Shown here: positions 38,515 through 49,000 of the stretch, piece by piece | Position numbering within the stretch: the first letter of the stretch is position 1 | How the letters are laid out: each line of letters starts with the position of its first letter | IMG/VR virus record: IMGVR_UViG_3300042564_002063 | Direction: 5' to 3' (one strand) | DNA: 64,000 nt | Source: an uncultured virus (IMG/VR IMGVR_UViG_3300042564_002063) | Taxonomy: Duplodnaviria; Heunggongvirae; Uroviricota; Caudoviricetes | Program-made: the position numbers and the translations under genes | Notes under the pieces: model-generated | What the model saw: the letters and a program-made list of their open reading frames with translations, nothing else | The model's database searches: none | Told to the model about the DNA's origin: nothing

Positions 38515-38967
38515 CTACTCAGGCACTCCGATAGCGATTAGGGATACGCCAACTGTTGAAACACCAGAGGTCCCAAATCGAACTACACCATCAACCCTAG
38601 AGGAGCTGATTGAGGTTAGGACTACTGACACGTCTCTTCCAGCTTCGGTTCCAGAAACGTTAACTGGAGTAGCTGTAACAATTGGTGGATACTTAAACCC
38701 AGCACCCTCAAAGTTGTGAAAGAATGTTGCTTCAGATCCTTGCAAGTTTGATGCAGAGTTTGAAACTTCTTCATAGGCTCCAACAACACGACTCTCAGTA
38801 ATCTTTAAGTCCTGTCTTCCAACACCTGCTCCAGGTGTATCAACAGACAGAAACTTGTTTGCCGAGTAAACTGCATTTTGGCTAAGACGATTTACAGCTT
38901 CTGCAATCGCATAGATATATGTTAGGTCTACTGGTTGACCACGTTCTGGTAGAGGGATGTTTGCCAT
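38515..38967 (-). CDS. tail fibre/tip protein (H-type lectin-like C-terminus)
   Basis: F..PPIVTAT...SLIAIG; end of the tail module. Confidence 0.6.
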   Translation of the reverse strand: MANIPLPERGQPVDLTYIYAIAEAVNRLSQNAVYSANKFLSVDTPGAGVGRQDLKITESRVVGAYEEVSNSASNLQGSEATFFHNFEGAGFKYPPIVTATPVNVSGTEAGRDVSVVLTSISSSRVDGVVRFGTSGVSTVGVSLIAIGVPE

Positions 38968-38974
38968 ATTGCTA

Positions 38975-39397
38975 TTATACCACGTCGATCAGTTCAGACT
39001 CAAATATTTGCAAAAACTCATCATAGGTTTTTGATATTGATGATACCTGAATCGCAAACCTATAGTTTTCTTCGGCAGAACTAATGAATAGGTACTTGCT
39101 CTCTGACGTAGTGCCATGATATGAAGGCTGATCCCCATCATATCCAACGAATATGTCGAATTCTGATCCAGCTGGTAAGCCTTCCCAAACAATATTAACA
39201 ACAGAACCAACCATAAAGGATGCCACCCTTGCTTCTGACAAGACTGGCACTCCAGCTCCAGCAATAGAAAAAATTGGAGACCATTCTGAAAACCTATTTC
39301 TGTCATCAGATAGGACTCTAAATCTTACTAAATATTGATTGTTGGCATCTACTGGTATTAGCTCTGAGTTAGGAATAATAACCCTTTTTGTTGCCAT
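38975..39397 (-). CDS. tail-associated FN3-like protein
   Basis: RFRVLSDDRNRFSEWS; position in the tail module. Confidence 0.6.
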   Translation of the reverse strand: MATKRVIIPNSELIPVDANNQYLVRFRVLSDDRNRFSEWSPIFSIAGAGVPVLSEARVASFMVGSVVNIVWEGLPAGSEFDIFVGYDGDQPSYHGTTSESKYLFISSAEENYRFAIQVSSISKTYDEFLQIFESELIDVV

Positions 39398-40566
39398 TAC
39401 TCAACACCCACAGACAGTCTAAACTCTATAAAGTTTGATGTATTTGGAGCCTTTACAATTGGTAGCGAGTCGTTATTCTTAATCACAGAGTATCCAGTCA
39501 AGCCGTACAGTGGATTATTAGAAGAAAGATTTTCTAGTCTAAGGCCATCTAGACATACATAATAGTCTGATGATGTTTCTTCATCCTTAGATACAGAGAC
39601 ATAGACCTTTATAACATTTACGGACTCCCAGTTAAATGCAGAAGTATAAGATAGCTCCTGTAGCTGTCTTGCTACAACAAAATACCTGTTCGAAGAAAAG
39701 TCTTTTGAGTCGTTAGCTTCGCCGTCAAAGGAATCATTGTCAATATTAATCAATAGCCTTGCATGCTCCCCAGACTCTGTTGTGTCTGATGACGAGAACT
39801 CTACAAGTATTTTAACATTATCTGGATCTTCATCTAGGCTTCCATCTTTATTGATTAGTGAGAAGGCAAGCCTAAGCTCATCTGATGGAGCATTCTTGTT
39901 TAGGTTAATGCTAGCATCTGTTAGGTGTATGTGATTTCCAGATGTTGTTATCGCACCGCTCTGCTCATTTAGCTGTATTGCTGAGCTGTCTCCAGCTATA
40001 GCAACTAGCTCGTTTAGAAACCTACACCTTTCATTTTTAACAAGCCTACTCTCATTAGTAAAAATTCTATTGTCAGCATTTGTATAGAATGCTGATGCCA
40101 CGTTGTCCGAGATTATGTTATCATTTTCATCTTCATCTAATGGCCCTCCATTAAAAGCATACTGAATTTCTGTTACTCCACTATTAGTGTGATATTCCCA
40201 GCCTTCTCCACTACCAAATGTATAGAGAGTCCTACTATCAAAAGCTCCTACTGCTGGGTTAGCTCCAGCAGAGAATATTCCAATTTCTGTAATCTCATAT
40301 CTTTCTTCGGTTGGTAGCTCTGCAGTTAGTACTAGCTTAACAACGTTATTTTCGTTTACATACCCTCTAGATATAATCGGAACACGGAACATCTCAAAAT
40401 CTAGAGAATTTTTTGCAAAGTATTCTTCTTTTTGCTCTGGCGTAAATCCAGACCCTTCGCTTGAAAGTGCCTGTGGTCCACATCCTACTGCAATGTAAGA
40501 CGCATAGGCTGGTGCCTGTCCTAGCAGGTACTTAGCAAGAATTCCTTTTCCAGTATTAGTTATCAT
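39397..40566 (-). CDS. tail tip/baseplate-associated protein
   Basis: MITNTGK...YIAVGCG...ITEIGIFS resembles tail-collar/fibre N-termini. Confidence 0.65.
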   Translation of the reverse strand: MITNTGKGILAKYLLGQAPAYASYIAVGCGPQALSSEGSGFTPEQKEEYFAKNSLDFEMFRVPIISRGYVNENNVVKLVLTAELPTEERYEITEIGIFSAGANPAVGAFDSRTLYTFGSGEGWEYHTNSGVTEIQYAFNGGPLDEDENDNIISDNVASAFYTNADNRIFTNESRLVKNERCRFLNELVAIAGDSSAIQLNEQSGAITTSGNHIHLTDASINLNKNAPSDELRLAFSLINKDGSLDEDPDNVKILVEFSSSDTTESGEHARLLINIDNDSFDGEANDSKDFSSNRYFVVARQLQELSYTSAFNWESVNVIKVYVSVSKDEETSSDYYVCLDGLRLENLSSNNPLYGLTGYSVIKNNDSLPIVKAPNTSNFIEFRLSVGVE

Positions 40567-41036
40567 ATTGTTTCCTCACTATATATTGTATCATCTAGAA
40601 CAGTTACATTAGATACAGTTTGAACTTCAATGGATTCTGACGGTAGCATATTATCTACTTCAATCACCAAATCCCCATTATCTAGTACATAGATATATGG
40701 CCATTCTGGCAGCTTGTCCTTTAGGCTAATAGCAAAGTTCTTAAAGTAATCTCTATCAGTTCTTTGTAATGAAAGAATATTCTGTGGATTATATTGAGAA
40801 AACAAGCTGGTAATATTTTTTATTGGCTGATAGATAACATTCTGACCATTTATCATGTCGTTTCTGGCGATGTTAATTATCTCCTGGCCCCCAATATCTT
40901 GGAAGATTAAATCAGTCATAATTTGGGCAGCTATAGCCTCGTCTTTTATCAAGATAATATCTGGTGTTGCAATCTTTACAGAATCATTAGATGTATTAAT
41001 TGTCTGTGTGGTTGGATAGTCTGGTCTAGTTTCCAT
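40563..41036 (-). CDS. tail-associated protein
   Basis: Position and translational coupling. Confidence 0.65.
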   Translation of the reverse strand: METRPDYPTTQTINTSNDSVKIATPDIILIKDEAIAAQIMTDLIFQDIGGQEIINIARNDMINGQNVIYQPIKNITSLFSQYNPQNILSLQRTDRDYFKNFAISLKDKLPEWPYIYVLDNGDLVIEVDNMLPSESIEVQTVSNVTVLDDTIYSEETI

Positions 41037-44000
41037 TATTTTACCTCGCTCAAGAATACTTGCATGTCTGGTCCACTTACAGAGTTTGAGTAATCAATTT
41101 GATATACCACAAATCTAGAATTATCTTCCGCAGCTTGATTAACACCATCGACTGAATAGGACACCTTTACAACATCTCCTAACTGAAGAACTGGCATTCC
41201 AAATACACGCAGTCCAAGACTTCTTCTTGGCTTCATTATTTTAGAAACCATCCAAGACATCAAGTTATCGGCATCGTCATGGCTTTGTATATATGGAGCT
41301 TCTAGGACAAACTCATTCTTTCCTTGGCTTAGCCTACTAGCCTTAATATCTTGATAATCCTTTTTAGATTTTATTGGATAAGACACTAGCTGAGATCCTT
41401 CAAACTCTGGCTTTGAAAAGTCACTCTTTTTTGAGAAGTATTCATCTACGGTAAGCTCATGCTGAGATTCTTGTGTAAAGGTCACGCCCTGAATTCTTAG
41501 ATAGTTTCCGCTAGTCTCATCTAGGTTAAGGATAGTATCTGTGGCATTAAATACCAGGAACTCTGCACCATAAGCACTTGCAACAAATCCAGAAACGGTG
41601 TACCCCTTAATGCCATTAAATGTTGGAGACATTTTTGCATGTAGTGCAGGGTATGCCTTGTCATATCTAATGTTAAAGTATGCTGCCTCCCTCATGATTG
41701 TTCCAAACTCCTCAAAGTACATGTTATACTTTGGTGGCTCGCTAGGATTAATGCCAGTAAGATAGCTAGCTTGAACCACACCACTCATAGCATACTTTCT
41801 AAAGGACTGATTTACGTTTATTTCCTCTTCTGCAAATACTGCGTTTACTGGTGTGTCTAAGGCATATGCAGTGTTCTGAGAATAGTTATTTGAAATTGCA
41901 TAAATATTTTCAAACATCAATCGTGAGCCACCTCGCACAAACATTGCCATACTGTTATAGACTGGCAAAGGGCTATTATCATCAACTGTTGCCACCTGCT
42001 TATTGTTGACGTATAGGTAGAATCTTCTTGTAGATCCAATGTCTCGATACTCTACAGCAATATCGTATACCGTTGGGTATTGCTCGGATGTCATCCTATA
42101 CTGTCCAGTAAACTTTCCATCATCTACAAGAATCTGAGAAAGTCCTTGCCATAAAGTGACAGGCACTGCTTTTTCAGATGAGTTTCCGCCACTACTCATT
42201 ATCTTATAAAACATCATGTTGTAGATTGTGTCTGCATTGTTGTATGACTCTACATTGTTCTCGCTAAGTGCAACTAGTTCAAAGTAGTATCCATTGTTTG
42301 TTTGTGGATTAAGTAATACAGCTAAACCACCGCTAGCACCAGATATAATAACATTTTGGCTTGCCTTCTTTGGCTCTCCAACATATGCTGTATATGCTCC
42401 AAGCGGTGACTGCGTCTTGTCATCACTATTTTCAAGCTTTCCCACAATCCTCATTCTTGTACCAAAGTGAGTAAACTTAGATGGTAGTGGCTTGTGAACA
42501 TAAGAAATAAAGTCTATCGGCTTTTCTGTTGTGCTAAATGCTGGTCCAGTCATAACAAAGGCAGATGACTGAATAGTTCCTGGAGCAATGGCAGCCTGGT
42601 TTGCTGACCCTTCCTTTTGCGGGTCGTACGTTAGGAAATTCTTAATTACTCCAGTCCTTACTGACTCGGTAGCAATTGAGTTGCTTACACCAGCAGGTCC
42701 CCTAGAAACTACCAGACTATCCGACTGCATTCCGAATAGCTCAGAGGATATCATGTTACATCCACGGACATTTTCATTATTAGTCCAGTAAGGGTTTAGT
42801 CCTGCCTCATGAGCCACAACCTTAGTTCCAAACTGTCCACGACCATGCTTGGCTACTGTGCCGTCAGAGAGCCTCTCAGTGCCGTTTACAACCACATAGT
42901 TTGGCTCTGAATAGATCCTTACACGTCCAGTCGGATACATCTTTCCATTAAATGGTATTTGAGAGAAGTACCTCTGATACTCTCGTATTCCTGTAATCCA
43001 AACTCTGCCAATTCCTCCAGAAGAAACTGATTCTGCTGATAGCTGACCATTAGTATTTGTTTGCAGAACAGTAGTCTGAACTCCTGGGATCTCAAACTCT
43101 ACCGCATCATACTTGATGACTTCGCCATTTGCATAGAAATATCCATTGTATCGTGTAAGCCAATAAGCACCTTCACCAAAATCCATAATGTTATCTACGA
43201 CAACCCCATTTCTTACTGAAGGAACTGTACTAGACAGAGTAGTCTGTAGTGGAATGGCAGCTAGAGCATATGCAGACTGATTACCGACTTCGTCATTTAC
43301 AGACCTAGTATTCTCTGTTCCAGATACTTCCCAAAGCAATGCTGGCTTATATATCCAAGTCTTGTCCTGATCTATCATAGAGGCTTGTCTAATTGTTCCA
43401 TATGATCTTTGAACATACCTAGTAGTGTATGATATATATCCGTCATTAAATACATCGTCTTGCTGAGAGCTTATCTCGATAATATTTGCAAGCTTTTGAC
43501 TAGTAGCCTTATTGCTAATTGCACCATCCACCTCAAAGTCTTTTGTTCCGTATAGCGTTACATCTATACCACGAACCTCTTCTGACGGCATCATATATTC
43601 CTTGCTCATCAGAACTAGATTATTATATTCATCAAGGAACATTGCTGTCTGTGTGGATACCGCAATATCTTGTAGAACTTCTGCAACTGTCACCCCTGGT
43701 GCCACAAAGAAGAATGGAATAATTGCTTCAGACTCTCCTGGTGCTCTCTTGAAAACATAATTACTAAATCCAATTGAGTCTAACAATAGAGATACCGCAT
43801 AGCTAAGAGAAGCATCCTGGATTAGTATCTGTGGTGCGGACTGGGATTCAAAGTAAAAGAATAGATCTCTTAACGTCAGGGACACTGATCTGTCTGAGCT
43901 GGATAGCTCTGGGATGCCCTCAGAATACATGGTCTTAATTGGAACAAAGTAGTCATACCCGTCTACATCAAGAATGGCTTCAAAGAGCTTTATCTGAATG

Positions 44001-45412
44001 TTTCTAGTTAGGTGATTCTTAATTATGCTGTTGTCGTTTATAGAACTAAATGCTAGATCGTAATCAAAAAGTGTTATTGATCCTGTACCAGCAAGGAGTT
44101 GGCCAACTGGCATACCACTGCTGCCCAAATCTGATGCAGCCTTGGTTACGTTAAAAGACTCTACTTTATCTGTTAGGTTAACTGCCAATCTAGGGGATAG
44201 CTCTATGAGGTCAAATATTGAATCTACCTTATTCATAGTTTCTACTACTATTCTAATTCCAGAAATTTCTTGGAACTCCCTATAATAAGTCTGTCCAGTA
44301 GAAGGATCGGTAAAGGTGCTTGGCTCAGTTAGGTTTGTAACGAAGTTGGTAAGCCTATCTATAGAACCCTCTTCTAAGTACCAGCCATAACTTGGAACAA
44401 ATGTTTCATAGTCTCCAGTTCCTTGGATCCAAATGTGATATGTTCCAATATCGGATTCACTATCTTTAACCAGATATGCATATCCATTTAAAGACTGTTC
44501 TGGCAACAAGCTTTCAGAGCGGTACTCCTCCATCTTAATAAAGATGTCTCTATATCTTTCTGGAACCTTTAGTCCATAAGATAGTTCTACATAGCCATCA
44601 GACCCTATGATTGGCGATCCGTCTCTTCTTGCAGAATTGGGATTAAAAGAAGCAATGTCTATCCAGCTATTATCGCTTAGGCTTTGTACCTTCCATTTTA
44701 CTGGTGTAGTTTTATTTCTATCTCCAAAAAACGGATCTGCGAAAGAGCCAACCTGATTTCTAAATGGACCAAGATCTATCTCTCCAACGTTGGTCTGCAT
44801 CTTGACTACAATTCTATTTGTTGGAACTACGTTCTTATAAACAATAAATGGAGCTACGTCATCAATGTAGTGCTGTCCGTTTCTTAGTTTATTTGCAATA
44901 CCACGCTCGTGCGATACATCATTGTCATCTACTTCTGTTCTGTACGAAGACCAATACTTAAAGCTATCATCCTTATGGGCCATATAGTACCTAGGCCTAC
45001 GAATCATATTAATGTTTGTATGATGTGTATATTTATCTTGGAAGTACCTTAGCTTGTTGATTCCTGAACGTGGTCGGAATTTGCCAAAACATTGTTCTAA
45101 AGAGTATAGCTGTGCCTCTTTTTCTTTTTTAGATTTAAACACCGCTGGGGTATCGTTATCCTTAAGACCTCCATCGATAACAATGTCAGCATCTGTTGCA
45201 CCTGTATAAAAATTACCACTGTCATTTGGATCAAAAGAGTTTAATGGCAACCCAAACTTTGAACCAGGCGTATCTGTTGGCCTATACCTATAATTACCTA
45301 TGAGGGCAATATTTTCTGCAATGTTCATATTCCACTCAGCAAACGCTGCCAACTGAGTTCTTATTGTAGAGCTAGTTTCTAAATGATTTTGTAGGTCTGA
45401 ATCTTGAAACAT
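41036..45412 (-). CDS. large minor tail/hub protein
   Basis: 1458 aa, two genes after the TMP; C-terminal G.PVLQLGDVV hub motif. Confidence 0.75.
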   Translation of the reverse strand: MFQDSDLQNHLETSSTIRTQLAAFAEWNMNIAENIALIGNYRYRPTDTPGSKFGLPLNSFDPNDSGNFYTGATDADIVIDGGLKDNDTPAVFKSKKEKEAQLYSLEQCFGKFRPRSGINKLRYFQDKYTHHTNINMIRRPRYYMAHKDDSFKYWSSYRTEVDDNDVSHERGIANKLRNGQHYIDDVAPFIVYKNVVPTNRIVVKMQTNVGEIDLGPFRNQVGSFADPFFGDRNKTTPVKWKVQSLSDNSWIDIASFNPNSARRDGSPIIGSDGYVELSYGLKVPERYRDIFIKMEEYRSESLLPEQSLNGYAYLVKDSESDIGTYHIWIQGTGDYETFVPSYGWYLEEGSIDRLTNFVTNLTEPSTFTDPSTGQTYYREFQEISGIRIVVETMNKVDSIFDLIELSPRLAVNLTDKVESFNVTKAASDLGSSGMPVGQLLAGTGSITLFDYDLAFSSINDNSIIKNHLTRNIQIKLFEAILDVDGYDYFVPIKTMYSEGIPELSSSDRSVSLTLRDLFFYFESQSAPQILIQDASLSYAVSLLLDSIGFSNYVFKRAPGESEAIIPFFFVAPGVTVAEVLQDIAVSTQTAMFLDEYNNLVLMSKEYMMPSEEVRGIDVTLYGTKDFEVDGAISNKATSQKLANIIEISSQQDDVFNDGYISYTTRYVQRSYGTIRQASMIDQDKTWIYKPALLWEVSGTENTRSVNDEVGNQSAYALAAIPLQTTLSSTVPSVRNGVVVDNIMDFGEGAYWLTRYNGYFYANGEVIKYDAVEFEIPGVQTTVLQTNTNGQLSAESVSSGGIGRVWITGIREYQRYFSQIPFNGKMYPTGRVRIYSEPNYVVVNGTERLSDGTVAKHGRGQFGTKVVAHEAGLNPYWTNNENVRGCNMISSELFGMQSDSLVVSRGPAGVSNSIATESVRTGVIKNFLTYDPQKEGSANQAAIAPGTIQSSAFVMTGPAFSTTEKPIDFISYVHKPLPSKFTHFGTRMRIVGKLENSDDKTQSPLGAYTAYVGEPKKASQNVIISGASGGLAVLLNPQTNNGYYFELVALSENNVESYNNADTIYNMMFYKIMSSGGNSSEKAVPVTLWQGLSQILVDDGKFTGQYRMTSEQYPTVYDIAVEYRDIGSTRRFYLYVNNKQVATVDDNSPLPVYNSMAMFVRGGSRLMFENIYAISNNYSQNTAYALDTPVNAVFAEEEINVNQSFRKYAMSGVVQASYLTGINPSEPPKYNMYFEEFGTIMREAAYFNIRYDKAYPALHAKMSPTFNGIKGYTVSGFVASAYGAEFLVFNATDTILNLDETSGNYLRIQGVTFTQESQHELTVDEYFSKKSDFSKPEFEGSQLVSYPIKSKKDYQDIKASRLSQGKNEFVLEAPYIQSHDDADNLMSWMVSKIMKPRRSLGLRVFGMPVLQLGDVVKVSYSVDGVNQAAEDNSRFVVYQIDYSNSVSGPDMQVFLSEVK

Positions 45413-46054
45413 TTAGACCTCTTCCAGCGTTACGCTTATATTCCAAAAGTCATAGTTAGAACCACCACGCCTTACAACAGAGTAGTTAAAGTCAGAAATA
45501 AACATTTCTATAAGCTGGTTATACTGTGGCAGCTTTTCATACGCTTCATCATTTTCACCAAAGGATGAGAACTTGTCATATGCTAGGTATACCCAGAATG
45601 ACCCCTTGTGGTTTTCATACCACTTTAAAATATCTACACCGCCAGCACCGCCATCAGTGGTGTACTCTAGTGTGTTATTATTTGCATATGGGGACTTTCC
45701 GTCCTCTAGGCTATAGTTTGGCCTAAGTGCGTATGACCTAGATGGAAGCATTTCCCACGAAGTAGATAGCGTCATCTTGTCTGCAATGTGGTATGAACGC
45801 ATTCTGCCGTTAGCCATTCTCTTTCTACTCTCTATTCTCTGAGGCTTAAAGTCTAATGGTGATCTATTGTCATCCGAAAGAATCATAAATTGATCAAGCA
45901 GTGTTTGGTCTTCTTCCCCGTCTGGATCTGCATTTACCTCAAGACCATTTGGAATGTATAGCCCATTGACAACCGTTCCAGAGTTGTCAGACCAAAGCAT
46001 GCCTTGCGGTCTTTGATACTTTTTGCGTCCTAGTAGGTATGCTTCACTAGTCAT
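45413..46054 (-). CDS. distal tail (Dit-like) protein
   Basis: Directly after the TMP; RMANGRMR...WNISVTLEEV. Confidence 0.65.
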   Translation of the reverse strand: MTSEAYLLGRKKYQRPQGMLWSDNSGTVVNGLYIPNGLEVNADPDGEEDQTLLDQFMILSDDNRSPLDFKPQRIESRKRMANGRMRSYHIADKMTLSTSWEMLPSRSYALRPNYSLEDGKSPYANNNTLEYTTDGGAGGVDILKWYENHKGSFWVYLAYDKFSSFGENDEAYEKLPQYNQLIEMFISDFNYSVVRRGGSNYDFWNISVTLEEV

Positions 46055-49000
46055 TAGAACTTATTTCCCCTAATTCTCTGAGAGTCAATGTGCTTAATCT
46101 GGTTCATAACTGCCCTGGCAATTTGGTCAGGATTTGAGTCAGTCTGAACATTAACGTTTACCTCATAATTATACATGGAATCGCCATTGTATGTTCCATT
46201 ATTTACAGCCTTTAGCTTATCTGCACCAAAGTTTTCAACACCATACTTGCTCATTACAAACTCTCCAGGTGTTAGCATAGCTGGGATAGTGTCTGACCCC
46301 TTTGATACAAACCTTGTAGCCATAAGCCCACCAGAACTAAATCCGATGGAGTCTGCAGGAAATGTCTTATAGTGATCTTTGTGAATTCCTTGTGGCGATT
46401 CCACCCTCAAGATATTGTCTAGAGCCTGCTTTACATTTCCGAATGCCCCACCTGGCTTGCTTGTACTCCAGGCTCCTGTTTTTCCATTAGAGTATACGAT
46501 GCTTCCTGGCTTTTTTCCATACTTCAAAACGTAACTTGCTCCAAACCTTTTAACGGAATAGACAGTAGAACCAACTGGCACCTTAAAGAAGCTGTTTGCT
46601 GGAACCTTAAGGGTCTGCGGAGAAGTTTCTGAAGATCCTGCTGTTAGGGCTGCAGCAATAATTGGGTTATTCTTTGTTTTTCCAAGAGAGTTCTTTAAGA
46701 TATCTTCTCTTTTTGCCTGTGCTGCTGCTGCTGCTGCATCTGCTCCAGAAGGCTGGAAGTTGTCTCTCTTAACTGCGTCCCCACCGTAAAGAGTTGCGTT
46801 TCTTGCGGCATCTGCACCAGAAGTTGGAAAGTTCATTGATGATGCAGCTAAAATTCCAGCTAGAGTTGTTGTGTCTACTCCGCTAGGGACATTGACATTC
46901 TTTGTGGTGTCGGGGACTGAGTCTTCGTCTTGGCCATCTCCGTTGTCGCTGTCACTTCCACCACCAGAGCTTGGACCACCAGTAGCTACTGCAACTGGCT
47001 TTTGGTTAAACTTGGCATTTGTGGCAGCGTTCTGCTCATTGGTGAATAGCGTCTGAACATTAGACTGCCTATCTGATGGCTTAGTGTTGTAATAATCTTC
47101 TATGTCCTTTACGACTGTCAATCCGCCATTGATAGCTTTTGTATATTCTTCGCTGCTAGTTCTCGCTAGCTCAATTCCGTTAGAAATTTGATCCCACTCT
47201 AGCCTTGTCTTGCCAGCAACCTTTAGGTCTTGCTTTGCTAAACTAGCAGCAGCTTCTGCCTTTCTGATGTTTTCCTGTGCTGGCTCAAGACGGCTTTCCT
47301 CAATTTCAAAAATCTTTTTCTGATTTACAAGGATCTTGTCATCAAGCTGTTGCCTTGTCATACCAGACTTGGACAGGAGTGCATCTGTCTGAAGCTTTTG
47401 TGCCCTCTCTAGAGCATCCCTCTGAGAGCTAAGTGCGTCACGAGCTGACTGATCTCTCATCTCTTGTGCTGCTCTAGCAGCTGCTGCAATGTCACCTCGT
47501 GAAAGAGCATCTGCAAGACCTAGCTGCTTTTGTTGCTGAGCAGTGATTCTTTGGTTTACCTCTTCGATTCTGTCTAGAGCCTCATACTTCTTTTCATAGG
47601 ACTTGCTAATTTCCTCTTCTTTCCAAGCAATTTCCTGAAGTCCTGCTTGATAGTCATCAATCTGATACTGCAGTAATGCAATATCATTCTGAGCAACTTC
47701 AGCAATTTTTCTATCCCCTACAATAGACAGCTCTGCTTTAATGTCAATAGCTCGCTCTTCAGCAGCAAACTTATCCATGGCCTTGTTTAGACCGTCAGTA
47801 AATAGGCCTTCTTTAAATTCAAGGCTATTTACAACCTGCTCAAGTCTAGTTTTAAATTCTTGCGGAAGCGTATTAATCTCTCCAGCCAAGTACTGTCCAT
47901 AAATTTCACGAAGGTTGCTGTCTTCTAGGATGGCCTGCTGCTGTGCGAAGTCAAACTTAGTAGCACCTTGTGCAAATCTTTCAGTTACTCTTAGATCCCT
48001 ATTTTCATTTGTAACGTCTTCCCTTAGTGTTCTTACGGCTTCGAACTGGCGAAGTGCTTTTTCTGCTCGCTTAGCCTCTTCAGTTATCTTCTTTAGCTCT
48101 TCGTTACTCAAATCCTTGGTAGCTACAGCTGCTGCAAATGCAGTATCCTCTACTGCTGCATAGGCTTCACTTACAGACATTCCAGAGGCTACTAGTCTCT
48201 GAAGTGCTACGTTTTGGTTATTGACATCTACTGTGACTCTTGCCATTCCATTTTGGAATTCACCAAGTGCAATTTCATTAAAGGCTTTTTTAGTTGCTGT
48301 ACCCTGGTCAGTAAGAGTGATTGCACCTGTCTTCTTGTTTGTCTTAAAGAATTTCTTTTGGTCAGCCTCGTCTAGCCCCATCAGGTAATCTACAAACTCA
48401 GAGCTTCCGCCCTTTTGTGTTAGAAGCTGCTCCATTCCAGTGAATCTAGTAATGTCCTTATTTCCACCAAGAAGTCTCATAAGCTCTTTCTTTCCGCCCT
48501 TGGCATTAATTCTAGAGTCTCTAATTTCTTTTAGTCTTGATAGTGGATCATCAAGTGGCTCATTTCTGCCTCCGCCACCGCCACCGCCACCACCGCCTGG
48601 AGTCTTTGGTGCTGCTGCTGCTGAGCCCTGGGTTGCCTTAAAAGCTTCATGAGCTCTATAGTATCCAACCTTTACAGAGTCAGACATGCCTGCATACTGC
48701 TTGCCACCGTACTTATATCCGTCAATAGTTACGTCTTCTGTTAGCCACTTCTGGTAGTCTTCTGATGCAATAATATCAGCTTCTGGGACATACAGCTGTG
48801 AGACTAGAGTCTTTGTATATACAACCTTATCATCTTCAGACAGAGTATTGAAGTATGCCTCATCCTCTTTACTGATCTTACCCTTTAGCTCAGGTGCGAT
48901 TTCAAGAACAGCCTTTATTGTCTTTGGCTTCTTTTCATTGATTGTATCCATTAACTTATTAAACTTATTATATGCAGCTGAATTTGCTAGGTAGAAGTCT

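Noticed and set aside
48565..48600. ccgcca repeat
   Set aside because: Encodes a poly-Gly linker in the TMP; no independent function evident
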